Below, piece after piece: positions 62,648 through 64,000 of a stretch of DNA of 64,000 nucleotides. The notes below the pieces were generated by a model that saw only the letters and a list, made by a program, of their open reading frames with translations, did not search any database and was not told the DNA's origin. Where the stretch lies: positions 64,001-128,000 of the forward strand of contig OZ244650.1 of assembly GCA_965218785.1 (NCBI GenBank), in the 5' to 3' direction. This stretch comes from Nitrosopumilus sp. Lineage in GTDB: Archaea; Thermoproteota; Nitrososphaeria; Nitrososphaerales; Nitrosopumilaceae. Position numbers and translations under genes: made by a program. Positions within the stretch are counted from its first letter, which is position 1. Every line of letters starts with the position of its first letter.

Positions 62648-62790
62648 AAGTTCCGATTGTGTTCTAGCTTGACCCCATCTCACGATGAATTCGGTGGTCT
62701 GCCGCAAAACACGCCAGCTTTTAGATCATAATGTTGGGAAAATTCAAATTTATGGCATAGTTTTACTCAGAATGAGCACAATCGGAACTT
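62648..62790. repeat. 143-bp segment bounded by perfect 14-bp inverted repeats (MITE-like)
   Basis: aagttccgattgtg (62648-62661) / cacaatcggaactt (62777-62790). Confidence 0.7.
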
Positions 62791-62846
62791 CTGCTTGTGA
62801 CCAAAGATATTAAACATGGTCTGCTTGAGACACGCTAGAAATTTAC

Positions 62847-63344
62847 TTGGCGAAATTCAAAAAAAAGAGATCCAGCCCCACTCCCGAATCTGATGATTCC
62901 AAGATGGGGGCAGAACAGGCTGACATTCCACAGATAGAGAACATTGGCTCTGCCGGTGCTGATGCCACTACACCTGAGACCCCCTCATCGGATCTGCCGA
63001 TAGGCGACCCTGAGAAGAGCGAAAAGGACAGAAAGCTAAACAGGCTGTTTTGGATGCGTGTAGGTCTGGCAGTACTTGCCGGCACTGCGTCAACTTTTAT
63101 CTTTGAAGATATAGAAGGCGAGGACAGGAGATGGGCGTCAATCGGATTTATGATTTTGGTATTTTTTGGCACAATCATGGTTGCAAAATCAATGAATATG
63201 CAGCTGCCACACTCTGACCGGAAAAAACTCGTAACACAGGGAATAGGCAGTTACATCTTTTTGTATCTGTTTGTCTGGATCGTAACGTATACGTTTGCCA
63301 ATTCTGCAGGCTCTACAACTGGAATTTCAATGCCGGTCTCCTGA
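62847..63344 (+). CDS. 3-TM membrane hypothetical protein
   Basis: Low-complexity N-terminus then three hydrophobic helices. Confidence 0.75.
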   Translation: MAKFKKKRSSPTPESDDSKMGAEQADIPQIENIGSAGADATTPETPSSDLPIGDPEKSEKDRKLNRLFWMRVGLAVLAGTASTFIFEDIEGEDRRWASIGFMILVFFGTIMVAKSMNMQLPHSDRKKLVTQGIGSYIFLYLFVWIVTYTFANSAGSTTGISMPVS

Positions 63345-63356
63345 TATGTGGTTGTA

Positions 63357-63950
63357 ATGTGGAAATACAAGACTCCGGGGATTCCAGATGAATACTTTGA
63401 GCGCACTGAGAATGTCCCAATTACAAAGGAGGAGGCAAGGACCATTCAAATCAGCAAGGCAAGACTGCACCCCGGATATACAGTTTATGATGTGGGATGT
63501 GGAAGCGGCTCTGTCTCAGTTGAGGCGGCACTCCAGGTGGAATCCTCTGGTAGTGTGCTGGCAATTGACTATGATCAGAGCGCCGTGGAACTAACCAAAA
63601 AAAACATCCGCAAGTTTGATCTCTCAAACGTGTCGGTGATTTACGGTAATGCCAAGGAAAAGATACCAGAGCTGGAAAATAAAGCGGATGCGATATTCAT
63701 CGGAGGAACGGGTGGTGACACCGGGGAGATAGTCCGACTATCCGAGGGCAAGCTAAAGTCCGGCGGCAGGATTGTCATCGGTGTAATACTAATTGAGACG
63801 CTGTATTCCGTGCTGCAGGCCCTAGAGAAACTGCAGTTTGAATCAGTTGACATAACACAGGTAACCATATCCAAGAGCCGGAAGACTAGCACGGGAACCA
63901 TGATGCTTGCAAGAAACCCTGTAACCATAGTCTCTGCCACCAGAACCTGA
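63357..63950 (+). CDS. cbiT: cobalt-precorrin-6B C15-methyltransferase (decarboxylating)
   Basis: PGIPDEYF...PITKEE, DVGCGSGS, FIGG, ARNPV. Confidence 0.93.
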   Translation: MWKYKTPGIPDEYFERTENVPITKEEARTIQISKARLHPGYTVYDVGCGSGSVSVEAALQVESSGSVLAIDYDQSAVELTKKNIRKFDLSNVSVIYGNAKEKIPELENKADAIFIGGTGGDTGEIVRLSEGKLKSGGRIVIGVILIETLYSVLQALEKLQFESVDITQVTISKSRKTSTGTMMLARNPVTIVSATRT

Positions 63951-64000
63951 CATTCATTTTTAATTGGGAGTATAGCCGTATCATCATGACTGGATTGATT

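Noticed and set aside
1-64000. CRISPR array, tRNA or rRNA genes
   Set aside because: No regularly spaced repeat-spacer run or recognisable tRNA/rRNA seen by eye; the 21-bp repeat at 39820 is a spacerless coding tandem

Overview
Archaeal DNA, most likely Nitrosopumilaceae (Thaumarchaeota), judged from TBP, Rqc2/NFACT, the aconitase-X/DUF126 pair, cbiT and many TTG/GTG starts. Bases 1 to ~50,150 are a visibly AT-rich defence island. It holds two Type I R-M systems, a Type IIG R-M enzyme, McrBC-, GmrSD- and NucS-like nucleases, TIR and TIR+SLATT genes, two HD-dNTPase + YwgA-like pairs, PIN and mini-HNH proteins, a DUF1998 helicase with a divergent TBP, and decayed IS481/IS5/IS6/IS110 elements. 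Bases ~50,195-64,000 are GC-richer core genome with a ~1.4 kb islet inserted at the 3' end of rqc2. Best candidate for an undescribed system is 5410-16293: two oppositely oriented hsdS genes share a 110-bp identical internal inverted repeat and a 230-bp near-identical outer inverted repeat, and they bracket a tyrosine recombinase, hsdR, hsdM and a PIN gene. This looks like an invertible (phase-variable) Type I R-M specificity switch in an archaeon. Other leads are the duplicated dNTPase/YwgA modules, a structured RNA at the end of the IS110 element, and a 28-bp motif recurring downstream of defence genes. All calls come from motif recognition by eye; no searches were run.
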